From Pseudogymnoascus verrucosus (taxonomy: Eukaryota), in assembly GCA_001662655.1 (NCBI GenBank), contig KV460220.1: DNA of 64,000 nt. One strand, written 5' to 3'. The notes beneath the pieces were generated by a model. The model saw only the letters and a program-made list of their open reading frames with translations, was not told the DNA's origin and made no database searches. Positions 24,334 to 36,729 of the stretch are shown here, in pieces (position 1 is the stretch's first letter; each line of letters starts with the position of its first letter). The position numbers and the translations under genes are program-made.

Positions 24334-25734
24334 ATGCCACCACAAACGAGAGCCACACGGACAAATGCTCCCGCTGGCAGGGTCTACGAATCGCCACGCC
24401 TACCACCAACGCAAGTCAAATTCCAGCCACGGCGACAGAAAGTCTATGGACGGCACAACTTGGGGGACGTGAAGCGGAAGAAACAGGAGACGTTGACGCA
24501 GATTGGATTTGTCAACCCGTTGACCGATAAGGAGATCGACGAGGAGATTGAGGCATACGAGAGGGAGGAGAAGATCCGGAACAAGAGGAGGAAGACGTTG
24601 ACGCCTTCGTCGAAGTTTTATACGCAGACGCTTACGCAGCTCGATTTTGATTCTACGCCGAAAGTCGAGTGTAGGGATACCGAGGATGAGGATGAAGATG
24701 AGGGGGAGGAGGAGCAGGAGCAGAAGGGAGAGAAGGAGCAAGTGCAACAGGAGGCTGATACGGAAGTCGACGGGCGAACAGAACATGTATCCGAGTCGCC
24801 CGTCCCCCGACGGCGACGATCACAGCGAGGAGGCATAATCACAGTCCGCTGCATCAAAGTGGAACCCACCACCTCTCCCTCACCATCACCACAAAGACCG
24901 ACCATCCCACCGCCCGCCTCCTCGCCAGAAACAACCACAAAACCCTCAATCTCCCAAGCCACAACCTCCATGCCCCCTCCCAAAACCCCAACCCGAAAAC
25001 GCACCCTCGAAGTTCCCTCCTCCCTCTCCCCCGCCACCCCGCTCTCCTCACAGAGCATCTCCCACGGACTACGGACACACGACCAGCGATCCCCCCTCAA
25101 ACCTCGCAGCGGAAACTTCAACCGGCTCACCTCGCCTCGCCTCCCCTCATCACAAAGCAAGTTGTCGCTCCCTCACCAATCCCAAATCTCTACACAAGCA
25201 ATCACGCAAGACTCACCACTCTCCCGCGTCCCGGACTCCAGTCCATTTCGCCCACGACAGATGACGCAGTCAACGCAGTCACCTACAGCACAGGTCTTGT
25301 CTGAGTTTACAGCCGCTTCAACGCCGACGCCCTCGCCGCCGCGTAGGGTCGCGAAGACGGAGATTGCAGACTCAGACGCTGATTCTGATGCCGATTTAGA
25401 TGACGAGGACGATGAGGAAGAGGATGACGACTGTCTCGCCCCCCTACCGCCTCGCCCACAAACACAACCACAACTACAACCACAACCACCCGTCCAAGTC
25501 CCAAGCAGCCCCGACGCGCCACCACCGCGGCGCAGATGGGCAGTGTCGAGTAGTAGTCCCCCCCCGCGGCCGGCTCTGGCGGTGAAAGAGACGGTGTTTG
25601 GGGAGGAGGAGGATGAGCTGGGGAGTCAGTGGACGAGGAGCCAGTTGTTGCCGGGGAGCTTGGGGATGGATAGTTTGCTTGCTTTGCCGCCTGGGTGGGG
25701 GGAGGGGGAGGGGGAGGGGGGTTGGGAGGAGTGA
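24334..25734 (+). CDS. Hypothetical intrinsically disordered S/P/T- and acid-rich protein
   Basis: Single long ORF with first ATG at 24334 (MPPQTRATR). NLS-like KRRK, two TLTQ-x-x-F motifs, many SP/TP sites. Confidence 0.75.
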   Translation: MPPQTRATRTNAPAGRVYESPRLPPTQVKFQPRRQKVYGRHNLGDVKRKKQETLTQIGFVNPLTDKEIDEEIEAYEREEKIRNKRRKTLTPSSKFYTQTLTQLDFDSTPKVECRDTEDEDEDEGEEEQEQKGEKEQVQQEADTEVDGRTEHVSESPVPRRRRSQRGGIITVRCIKVEPTTSPSPSPQRPTIPPPASSPETTTKPSISQATTSMPPPKTPTRKRTLEVPSSLSPATPLSSQSISHGLRTHDQRSPLKPRSGNFNRLTSPRLPSSQSKLSLPHQSQISTQAITQDSPLSRVPDSSPFRPRQMTQSTQSPTAQVLSEFTAASTPTPSPPRRVAKTEIADSDADSDADLDDEDDEEEDDDCLAPLPPRPQTQPQLQPQPPVQVPSSPDAPPPRRRWAVSSSSPPPRPALAVKETVFGEEEDELGSQWTRSQLLPGSLGMDSLLALPPGWGEGEGEGGWEE

Positions 25735-27958
25735 GGGGAGGGGGCGAAGGGGGAAGAAAGGAGGGAGTGAGGGAGGGACGTAAGGAGTGGGAATTTAAGG
25801 GATGAAGGGAGGGAGAAAGGGGGTTTGAGATGATGTCTCTTCCTTCTCAAATCCAGCCTCTCGGGTCCTCGAACGTGGCGTGGCGTGGCATACCATCTAC
25901 ATCAACCTCACGTCCCCCTCGGTCTCAGAAACGCGGCTCTCGGCTCTACTACAGCCACAATATCAATCTATAGACCCATAGCCCTAAAAAATGTCTCTCC
26001 CTACCACACTAACGCAAATCCCCCAATAGCCCCTCCCATTATGAAAATCCCTTTCCCCCCTCTACGGTCCGAGAACGTGGCTCTGGCCCCCAAACCATGC
26101 AATGCCACGCGAACTCCAAACCCACTCACCCCATCCAGAGCTCTGGGCACCCTCGCCGAGAAGGGAATGAAACATTCGTACATCAGCAACCCACCCTTAG
26201 TTGTCATAGAGCCCAGACCATCTATCAAACCCATCTCATCGCGTGGTCATCAAGGTAAGCTACCCTGCCTAGCCCGAGGATGACCCGCTGCACATGCCAA
26301 TACCAGACGTAACCCGAATGGAGCACAATGGAGGATGTAAGCGCGCCCCCCCTACGAGCGAGACTCGAGAGGCGGATGGGGAGATAGGCCGAAAGCAGCG
26401 AGCCAAGTGGCCGAGTGGCCGAGCTGGATTGGGGATGCGGTTGGAGATTGGAGAGGAGAAATATCTTCGCATATCCCGGGGAGAGGGTAAGGCGGGGCGA
26501 GGCCTTGGGTTGGGGAGTGGTGTGGGCTATTTGCGGAGATAGATGTAACTTCAGCTGCTAGGCGGATGTGTGCTTGGGATGGGATGGATGCGCGGGTTCG
26601 AGTTCGTGCATGAGAGTTTGCTTGCTGTACACATAAACATACACACACACACACGCATCCAGGCTCCCATACTATCCTTACCTATCCCATGCATACCCCA
26701 TACTCCCATACCTCCACACCACACTGTACCTCTCATCCACCACTCCGCCCAGCCCAGCACCACGCTACGCACAAAGAAAAAGGCCGTAAAACCACCGCCG
26801 CTACGCCTCACAGCACACACACCACCTGCCATGACACCTCGCTAACCCGTATATCCGCACGCGGCGACTGGGGTAGCGGGGAAGTTCACCGAGGATGGTG
26901 CTGATGGGATGGGATACGATAGATACGACGGTCGGTAGATACGTCGTGTTAGTAGTGTTCGTGGTGTGCGCGTGAGGTGTGTGTATGCCGAAGATCCAGC
27001 GCGTGGGCGCGTCATGGCGCTAGGCTGGGGCGCTGATGATGTTTACAACGCTCCATTCAGCACACACAGCGGAGCACAGACAGGTGGATTATTCTCAACT
27101 CAAAAAGCCTCGACGACGTCGTGGTCACATGCATGTCCACCTCACCAAACCGCGCACCGACTGAACCTCTGAGCGTTACTAACACTTACCTAACCCGCCG
27201 CAAAAGCAGAACCCGCATCGCATCGCCAACACGGCCTCTCACCTCGCCCATCTCCGAAACCCCCTCTTGGCACGCACGCACACACGCACGAACCAAGCGC
27301 CCGCCAACCGTACCGCGGCACCTTCCAGTGGCGCTCCCCCAAACCGATGGTGGCGCTGTTTGTGCGGGTGGTGGCGTTGGGGAATGTGGGGATGTGGATG
27401 GTGCTGGGGTAGGTGGAAGGGCCGAATGGGAAGTTTTTTTTCTCTAGGGGGAGAGAGAGAGTCTGGAGTCTGGAGTCTTGGAGTAACTGGGGATATGGGG
27501 AAGGGGGGAAGGGGGAAAAGAAAAGGGGTGTTGTTGTATGTTTCAGGGTGAGATGGGATGATGGGACGTAGTATTCACCTTGAGTAGGATAGGATAGGAT
27601 GGGATGGGATAGGATAAGATACTCCCGTTTTGCAATATCAAGTGTCAGGGGCTCTAGCCGTGGTTGTCTAGTACGTATAACCGCACATCTACACAGAAAA
27701 CAGTTAGAAGCTAGGATACGTAGCTGCGCATCCGACGGAGAGCGGTTAGAGGACTGTTTCGGGGGACGGAAGGGGAGGGAGCGGCGCGAGGATGTCCGAT
27801 GCAGTTTGTACGAGGCGAGGTTTGACGTAGATTCGACGGGGCCGGGATGGTTGTTTGTCCGTGATTGTGTTTTGTTGGATCTAGGTACTGTGTAACATGT
27901 TTGTATACAGGCTGTTAACATTATAGTAACTGCACGATAATCGCAGAAAAGACTGCAG

Positions 27959-28026
27959 AATTCCCCTGTACTACTCTCTCTGTGAGTATAATTCCCCTGT
28001 ACCACTCTCTTTGAGTATAAGTTCCA
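27959..28026. repeat. Tandem duplication of about 31 bp
   Basis: AATTCCCCTGTAC(T/C)ACTCTCT..TGAGTATA occurs twice back to back. Confidence 0.75.
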
Positions 28027-30283
28027 ATATCTCCCCCGTTGGAGATTAATCTACCTACCACTACTCAATCTACCACCACTCAATCTACACCACAGCCCAT
28101 CCCCACTACAACAAACGCCCCCCTAAGTACCGACCCGTCCCTCACCCCCAAACACAGTCTAGCCCTTACCGCCCGCACCGCCCAGCGTCGTCCTCGGCTC
28201 TACTCGCTATACGCGACGGCGCTAGGCCCTACTCGGGGACCAGTAGGGATTGGGGGTTCACACATAGTGGGGAGGGGTAGGGGACCCTGGGGAGGGCGTT
28301 AATCAATGCTTAATGTTGTTGTTGGTTTGTGTTGTGTTTGATCGGAGGAAGGAGTGGTACTTGCCGTGGTGAGCTTTTGACTTGCCGAGCGTAGTAGCGC
28401 ACCATACCACCACCGTTGATTTTCCCGTGACAGTGACAGTGACAGCTTCAGTGGGTGCCCCTAGGGGGATGCTGTGGTGTGTGCGACTTTAGTGAGTGGT
28501 GCGTCGTAGTGTGCGTGTATGTGCGATGGTGTTGCTGTTTGGTGTGATTTCTTCATCCCCCATCTCTATCCCCACGTCAGCAGTTTGTTCCTATGCTGAT
28601 CTCTGTATCGTTTATTTGTGCGTGTCGTTTAATGTGTTGTGATGTGATGTGATTGACTGATTCGTGTTCTAGAATGTGAAATTGCAAAGGGATAGATACT
28701 CTACTGTCTATCACATATCACTTGTTCACCTCCCTTTTAGATTCACCTTACTCGCGCGTTTACTCGTGTTTACTCGTGTTTACTCTCACTCGCCTGCGTT
28801 TACTCACTCCCTCACTCACTCACCCACTCCGCTCTATTGATATTCCTCTATGACTCTCTTCTCCCCATCCCCTCAGCTTACCTCCTACCACCTTCCCACC
28901 TCACCCACCTCATCCATCCCATACTCTCATCTCCCGCAACACGACCCTTACCCTTGACCTGACCCTAGACCCCCCTCTCACCCCGGCCCTTCGAAATCCC
29001 GAGGTACACTACTATACCATACTACAGTACGCCCCCCGTTGGCGGCCGATCTCGTGCCCACAGCCCAGCCAGCGCCCCTAGTCCCCACCACACACATCCC
29101 CAAGTCTATTCAAACCCACTCCAACCCATTCACAACAATCCATGAGCAGGATCGAACTAACCACTGTAGCTCGGCTCATCTTCGTGTCTGTGAGAAACCC
29201 CTTCCGTGCGAAGAAGTAATCCCCAATGCTACCCTTACTGTACATCTCACATCACAGCTCACAGCATCACACACTCACTTACGGTCGTAGCTGTACCCCG
29301 TGCACTAGATACCATGGGGAAGGTCACTCTCTTCGCCGCCAGCCGTACAAACGGTACTTGCCCCATACCCGTAATTAGATACTCTACTCGTACCCTGCTA
29401 CCCTGCTACCTTTTCTACCCCTGTATACCCAAGTCTGGCAGCACACACATCCACATCCACATCAACCCCACCCCTTGTGGTCAAATCTCGTGTGGAAAGG
29501 GCCGATTCCAACCTTCATCTACCTGCCGCCAAGTGCCAGTAAAGTGCCAGTGAGTCCATGTAAAGTGCCAGTAAAGGCGCCCATCCAACGCCAGCTAGCA
29601 CCCAACTAGCACCATATCCCCCAACGCCACTACAGCTCTAGTCGCTGCTCCCCGTAAATGCGACCAGTAGAGCTCTCCGCTTTCTCTCTCTCCGCGTGTT
29701 GTTTGATCCTTCCACTCTTACCATACTAGTAGTATTCTTACTACTGTTACCACTCATACCACTCCCACCATACCAAAGTAGTAGTAGTGCTCATCCTCAA
29801 AAACCCACTCCAACATCCCCAGCATTCCCCCAGCTCACTACCCCATCCTGTCAAATTCACCTCTAGTAGCCAATCGCAATCTTCAAAGACCTCAAATATC
29901 CCATAATCTTGGTCCAGCAACATGAATTCATGCCCTTCTCACCCACCCATATGCAGCAGCATAGCTCAGATCCTTGTCACTAACGAAAAAAGTAACATGT
30001 GGTTGGTGCTGGGGTACGCTTGCTAGGTACCTTTGATTGAACGCCAACCCCCTAGACCAAAGCACAACGTGAACGCGCCCCTCCTTCCTGAACCCTTCCT
30101 GACCCCGAACTTATATAACAACAACAACCTCCCTGCACCACAAAGCTTCCGATCTTCTTTCTTCAGCTTCGTTCAACAACAATCAACAACCTCACCAACC
30201 CTCCTTCTTCCCCTCTCTTTCCTCCCCCCTTTGTCTCCATCAACAACCTGTCCCGACTGTCAACCCCCAAAACAACAGCAGCA

Positions 30284-32048
30284 ATGGCGGGCGATGGAGT
30301 CATCCGTGGCACGACCGATACCGAGCGTATCGAGGCCCCCGTGACTGTCAAGGCATACCTCATGTGTGCTTTTGCTGCCTTTGGTGGTATTTTTTTCGGA
30401 TATGATACTGGATGGATGGGAGGTGTCCTGGCCATGCCTTACTTCATTCGCCAGCACACTGGCTTGGCATACCCGGTCGATAAATTTGGCAAGGACACCG
30501 TATCTGACGCCTACGTCGCCTACAACAAGGCCTTCCACATTTCTGCCCGTGATCAGTCTCTCATGACCTCCATTCTGTCCTGCGGTACCTTCTTTGGTGC
30601 CATCGCTGCTGGTGACATCGCCGACTTCATTGGTCGTCGCCCAACCATTATTCTCGGATGCGGTATCTTCTCCGTTGGTGCCATCCTGCAGACTGCCTCC
30701 ACCACTCTTGCTGTCATGGTCGTTGGCCGTTTGATTGCCGGTCTCGGTGTCGGTTTCATCTCCGCCATCATCATTCTGTACATGTCTGAGATCGCGCCCA
30801 AGAAGGTCCGCGGTGCTCTCGTGTCCGGTTACCAGTTCTGCATCACCATTGGTATTCTCCTTGCCAACTGTGTTGTCTACGCCACCCAGAAACGCGATGA
30901 TACCGGATCCTACCGTATCCCCATCGCCGTGCAGTTCCTGTGGGCCATCATCCTCGCGACCGGTCTATTCTTCCTGCCCGAGTCCCCCCGTTTCTTCGTC
31001 AAGAAGGGCAAGCTCGAGCAGGCTGCTAAGGCCCTCGCCTCCGTCCGTGGCCAGGCAGTTGACTCCGACTACATCCAGGATGAGCTTGCCGAGATCATCG
31101 CCAACCACGAGTACGAGATGGCAGTCATCCCCCAGACCACCTACCTCCAGGGCTGGGCCAACTGCTTCCACGGCTCCATCACCCAGGGCTCCTCCAACGT
31201 CCGCCGCACTATCCTCGGCATAGTCCTCCAGATGATGCAGCAGCTTACCGGTATCAACTTCATCTTCTACTTTGGAACCGTCTTCTTCACCTCCCTCGGC
31301 ACGATCAGCAACCCCTTCCTCATCTCCCTCGTGACTACCCTCGTCAACGTCTTGAGCACCCCTCTCGCCTTCTGGATCGTCGAGCGCTTCGGCCGCCGCC
31401 GCATTCTCATTATCGGCGCTACTGGAATGGTCATCGCCCAGTTCATCGTCGGTATCATCGGTGTCACCGCTGGTGCCCCAGACAAGAACAACCAATCTGC
31501 CGTCAAGTGCATGATCGCATTCATCTGCATCAACATCTCCTTCTTTGCCACCACCTGGGGCCCCAGCGCCTGGGTCGTTATTGGCGAGATCTTCCCTCTG
31601 CCAATCCGCTCCCGCGGTGTCGGTCTCTCCACCGCCTCCAACTGGTTCTGGAACTGCGTAAGTCTAAAAAATCCCACAAACAACAAGAAAAAAACAAATA
31701 CTAACAAATTCCCAGATCATCGGTGTCATCACCCCATACTTGGTCGGTACCGAGAAGGGCCAGGCCAACCTCGGCGCCAAGGTCTTCTTCATGTGGGGCG
31801 CCCTCTGCTGCATCTCCCTCGCCTTCGCCTACTTCCTCGTCCCCGAGACCAAGGGTCTCTCCCTCGAGCAGGTCGACAAGATGTTGGAGGAGACCACCCC
31901 GCGCACCTCCAACAAGTGGGTGCCACACTCCACCTTCGCCGCCGAGATGCACCTCGCCGAGAAGGGCATCGTCATTGGCGATCGCCCGGCGACTGCTCCT
32001 CGCACCGAGACGGTGGATGTCGTCACGAATGCTAAGGAGGATGTTTGA
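30284..32048 (+). CDS. Sugar porter family MFS hexose transporter (high-affinity glucose transporter-like), 2 exons
   Basis: Motifs GGIFFGYDTG, ADFIGRR, YMSEIAPKKVRG, PESPRF, QQLTGINFIFY, GEIFPLPIRSRG, PETKGLSLEQ. Intron 31658-31715. Confidence 0.95.
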
Positions 32049-32797
32049 GCGTGTGTTGAATGAGGGTTGTGTTTGGCCCCGTCGTGGTTCGGCTGTCCTC
32101 CTATCTTTGGGCGGGATCGACGGGTGTCACCCTCTCGGGTTAGGAAGTATGATAAGATGTGTAAAGGAGTTTTACTAGCGTTTTAGTTAATGGAGATGGA
32201 GAGAGTTAATGATATCCTCCTTCTTGAAATATTTTGATGTTTTTTTTTGGTTGTGTTCTTGTGAGTGAGTGGTGTTGGTGATGATGGATGGTGAGTGAGT
32301 GATCCACTGATCCACCCCCACATTGGCTTCGTCACCAGCCATATTGTGATAGATCGTTGTCTCAGCGATGAGGGGTAAAATCCACGATGGCGAGGATGTG
32401 TCCGCGATCAGAGCCCAGCATAGGGTTCTCTCTTTATCGACCTCCTCTTTCGAGTGTTCGTACTTCCCATTTTGGTAAGTTGTTATTTTAGAATGTTGGC
32501 AAAGTTGTCGACTTCTGGCGACGGGTGTGCGGGAGACGCGTCCTTAGCGCCTTCCTGGAAACAAAGGAATCCTGAGTGCATCACGTGCAGAATTACTAAA
32601 CAGGATATATCACGAGAACAGATGGTTATAGAGTAGGTCACGTGCTTGGAGTGGAGGCAGCGGCTGAGGGAGCTGGGATGAGAAACTATTTGATGGCGGC
32701 GAAGATGATTGTTCTCATCCTTTCCTCTTCCTATGGATGGATGGATATCAAACTTCGTTGAGAAATGACAGGCAGGGTAGATGATGTGAACCATCGC

Positions 32798-33035
32798 TCT
32801 TGCCTGCCTCCCTTCATTCCTTCCGTCCTTCCTTCCTTCCTTCCTTCGCTCCTTCCGTTTCTCTTTCCTACGATGCTTTGCTGCTTCGCTCCTTCCTAAC
32901 TTTGCTCTTTTCCCATTTACCCCTTTCCATCCTTTGCCATTTGCTCCTTCCGCCCTTCGCTCCTTCCCCTGCTTTTCTGTCCTTCGCTCCTTCCCTTACT
33001 TTCCCTTTCTTTTCTATCCATCACCCCTCGTCCTC
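32798..33035. repeat. Polypyrimidine/TTCC low-complexity tract
   Basis: Repeated CCTT/CTTC(G)CTCCTT units, almost purine-free for about 230 bp. Confidence 0.8.
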
Positions 33036-34250
33036 TCACCACGGAGGTTGCCACGTTCATCAACACACACGATCTTGCGTCATGGGAATGAGGCCCACCT
33101 ATCTTCCATAGGTTTAAGAGCATAACCTGGACGACAAGCACCTATAGATCCACAATCCCAAAAGGCTAAAATAACAAGCTATTTCTCGAAAGGAAATGAT
33201 ATATTGGCGCCGCTATGGGATCCTCGCACTATCTAACCGAAAGTGACCACACGCAATCCACAACCTTTAAGCCTTCCCTAGGATATTCTCCTCGAACACG
33301 CTGATGGTATGGCCGGTATTGTAGTTTTTAATCTCGGTACGTGTCAGTTGTGTTTGGATTTGTGGACGTCAACTACTTACCTCGTACCGCGGTTGTGCCG
33401 CACTGGCATTCACGCTCATGTTGGCCTGCAGGCCAGGCTCCATGAGAATATCGGTGATGATACCCGTGCTCTCTGTGGATTCGGCGTTTCCGCCTTGAAG
33501 GGGAGAGTTAGTGGTTTGAGCGTATAGTGTGACCCTAGGGGATCGTACCAGACATTGGCCTATAAAATACCACCTGCCCATTCTCGTACTTTGGAGTGCC
33601 CATTTTGTTTGACTTGGAATCGGAAGTCGTTAAAAGGAAAAATGTGTTGTTGAGGACTGTACAAGGTTGATATAACTCAAGATCTACCTGCTGGGAAGGA
33701 GACTATTTAAACCGTTAGAACAGAGTTTTTGAGTATTGTCAGCGATGGCTCTATATGATGCCATGACAGGCACAGGGCTTGTGTCATTTGTCCATTTCCC
33801 TAAGATCAAGGTACGCCCTAAACTGATAATTTTCCAAATGTCCCAAAGACTGGTAGTCACGGCGCATATGGAGGAAATCCATGGCGTCACCACTTGTAGT
33901 CGAGTGTATTGGTTGGCCGGCTGCGCTTCAAAATAGCAGTATACCTTTTATCAAATATGAAATATGAACTAACGAAAGGCACGAATCGCGCGACATCCAA
34001 CTTTAATTACTATATTCAAGCCATATCCGTCCTTCCACCGCGACCCTGGCGTTCCTGGATCAGTCGTTGTGGATGGTCGATACTGCCACACCCAATCCAG
34101 CAGGCGGTGCGGGCCGCTAAGATAAGCCTTCCAAAGCAACGCCAAAAAGTCCGATAATAATTTCTACCAACGAATTTCGCGATAGCTCTTTCCACTCTCA
34201 GTCCCGCCCTCATAATTAAAATCCGCTGCCGGTTCGACCCGCCATTCGCT

Positions 34251-35732
34251 ATGTTGAAACGGAAGCGCGAGAGCAATCCCAGGGGCCCCGGAGGAGGGGG
34301 CGCCGAAGCGATGGGTCAGCGCAGGGGAGAGGTGGAGGAGAAGCTGGTGCATGGGAAGAAGATGCTTAATCGGGCGCTGAAGACGGCGAAGGGGTTTGAG
34401 TGGCAGAAATTGGTGAAGCGGATTACGAATGCGAAAGCGGAGGGTGGCGATTCTGAAGCGCAAGTTGCTAGGCTGGAAAGGGAGCTTAAAGTGCTTAAGG
34501 TAGGTTTTTTTTGGCACCTGTTTGATGCGAGGGAGAATTGTTGCTGACTGGAGGGATAGGATCTCGAGATGCAGGCGCTGGCGGATGCGCATGTGCATAA
34601 GACGCTGTTGAAGTCGAAAACGATCGCGGAGTCGGGGTTACTGCCGGATTATGTGAAGCCGCCGGTGCGAAAGACTGGCTCAGAAGAGGATATACTGGCT
34701 ATGGATAATGTGACGGCGAGGCTATATAATACGAAGCCGGTGAAGGAGAATATGACCCATATCATGACGAGCATTTATGCGGTTACGGGAATACCGAACC
34801 CAGCGAATAAGCCGAAGTTAAAAGGGAAGGAGGCAAAGGAACCGCCAGCAAAGAAGTCGAAGGGAGACGACAAGGAGGGGGCCACGAGCAAGAGCAAAGA
34901 GAAGCTGGTGGCTGATAAGAAGGAGGAGAAGGGGGTAGAGCCGGCTTGGGAGGGGTTCGATTCCGGATCTGAGTCTGATGGAGAATCAATCGACTTCTCA
35001 AAGTACGAAGGGCGATTGGGTGGGTCGTCGGACGATGAGAGCGACTCCGATAGCGCGGAAGAGCTGAAGAGGCCGGCAAAGCCGGTGAAGAGAACAATCA
35101 AGTCAAGAGGGATTTCGGTGTCAGTGTCGGGATCGGATGACGAAGGTGAACCAGAGGAATGGGTTCTATCAGACGAAGAAGAGGATTCAGATGAAGATGA
35201 CGACGATAATGTGATAGAGCGATCTCACTCCCCACCTACGCGAGAGAAGAAGAAGCAACGCGAGCCACCGAAGCCGTTAAAGCCTGGATCACAATTCCTA
35301 CCCACGTTAATGGGCGGCTATTGGTCTGGGTCTGAGGAGGAGGCTACCGATGTAGAGGATGAGGTGGCGCCAGCTCCGAGAAAGAACAGACCGGGCCAGC
35401 AAGCGCGCCGTGCTATTTGGGAGAAGAAGTTTGGCAAGGGAGCGAATCATGTTAAAAATGCGCCGCCACCGAAGGAGAAGGATGTCGTGTGGGATGCTAA
35501 GCTCGGCGCGGTATCCTCTGAGGGGTCTGGTAGAGGAAGAGGTAGAGGTGGATTCACTCGGAATAAGTCCCAGGTTACAGGCGAGAACGCTTCGGAGCTT
35601 GGGCCGAGGAAATCACGAGGAGTGGGGAGGAAGGACGATGTCGGGGTCTTGCATCCCAGTTGGCAAGCAGCGAAGAAGGCGAAGGAAGAGAAAAAGGCAG
35701 CCAAGTTCGAGGGCAAGAAGGTCGTCTTCTAG
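34251..35732 (+). CDS. BUD22: Bud22/SRFBP1-family ribosome-biogenesis protein, 2 exons
   Basis: FLPTLMGGYWSGSE, KNRPGQQARRAIWEKKFG, C-terminal LHPSWQAAKKAKE...FEGKKVVF. Intron 34500-34559. Confidence 0.88.
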
Positions 35733-35794
35733 AGAAGTTGTTGAGAATATATTATTATCATTTCATCTCCTCCTGTTCCTAGCCCGCCATTGGA

Positions 35795-36166
35795 TTATCC
35801 CGTGGTGAGGGCGATCAGGCATAACACGTGAACTACTAGATGAACTGCCGGTCCACCCAAACTGGTCCGCAAAGCGGACTCATTGCGGATAAGACGAGAC
35901 ATGGCCCGCAACGCTGGGCCTAGGTGGTAGATCCCTAGAGCACATGCGACGCGCTGGCTCACCTTATTGATGGGCCGTAGCAGGAAGACCAAAGCTATAA
36001 GATTGGTGCATATGAGGAGTAGTGCGTATTGTCGAACTAAGGCTTCGGCGAAGGGAGAGGCGGTAGCGAGTTGGAGTTCCTGCGATGGATTGACGAAGAA
36101 GTTGAGTGCTGCGGGAGTCTCGACGAGAATATGCACTCCGAAAGCGATGTGGAGGAAGGCGATCAT
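35795..36166 (-). CDS. Small hypothetical integral membrane protein (123 aa, about 4 hydrophobic segments)
   Basis: ORF MIAFLHIAFGVHILVETPAALNFF...GGPAVHLVVHVLCLIALTTG, divergent from the type III PKS. Confidence 0.6.
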   Translation of the reverse strand: MIAFLHIAFGVHILVETPAALNFFVNPSQELQLATASPFAEALVRQYALLLICTNLIALVFLLRPINKVSQRVACALGIYHLGPALRAMSRLIRNESALRTSLGGPAVHLVVHVLCLIALTTG

Positions 36167-36729
36167 GGCCTGACATCCGCACATAAATCGTGGCAGTCGT
36201 TCAAATCGCAGCACAACAATAAGTACTGTAACAACGAAACTATTGCTTCGATGATATGAGTATGCTATGTCCGTGAAACTTTAGAAGTGCAAGGATACAT
36301 ATCTATGCACCCTACAACGTAGGGATTCCCCCAAAAATATGAGACATGCGGTGATTGTGTTCGCGCCATTTGCAAACCTCGACCCATTGTCGCCCTGATA
36401 AGAACCCCTCACTTTCAACCCCACCAATCCTTCCAGGCCCTCTTGCCCAAACCCTCCATAGTTCTGACTTTCTCCACTTCCGTTGTCTTTAGTTCCCGAC
36501 CCGCCATCATGCCGCGCTGGTTTCACGGATTATGGTCTGCGCCACTGCCCAGACCATATACCTCTGCCGCACACAATAGCTTCTTATCAGCCACGATTTA
36601 TAACTTCGACGTCAATTAGCACAACCCTATGGCATAAAAAAAACTTTATGGGCTGGGATACCGTTGCATTGTCGGAGATCATCGTTTTCCGTAAACACCG
36701 GCCGTTCAACGTTTGCGGCCGGTGCAAAC

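Noticed and set aside
25885..29553. Numerous 60-270 aa ORFs in the long intergenic region
   Set aside because: Low-complexity, microsatellite-derived translations without motifs or codon bias.
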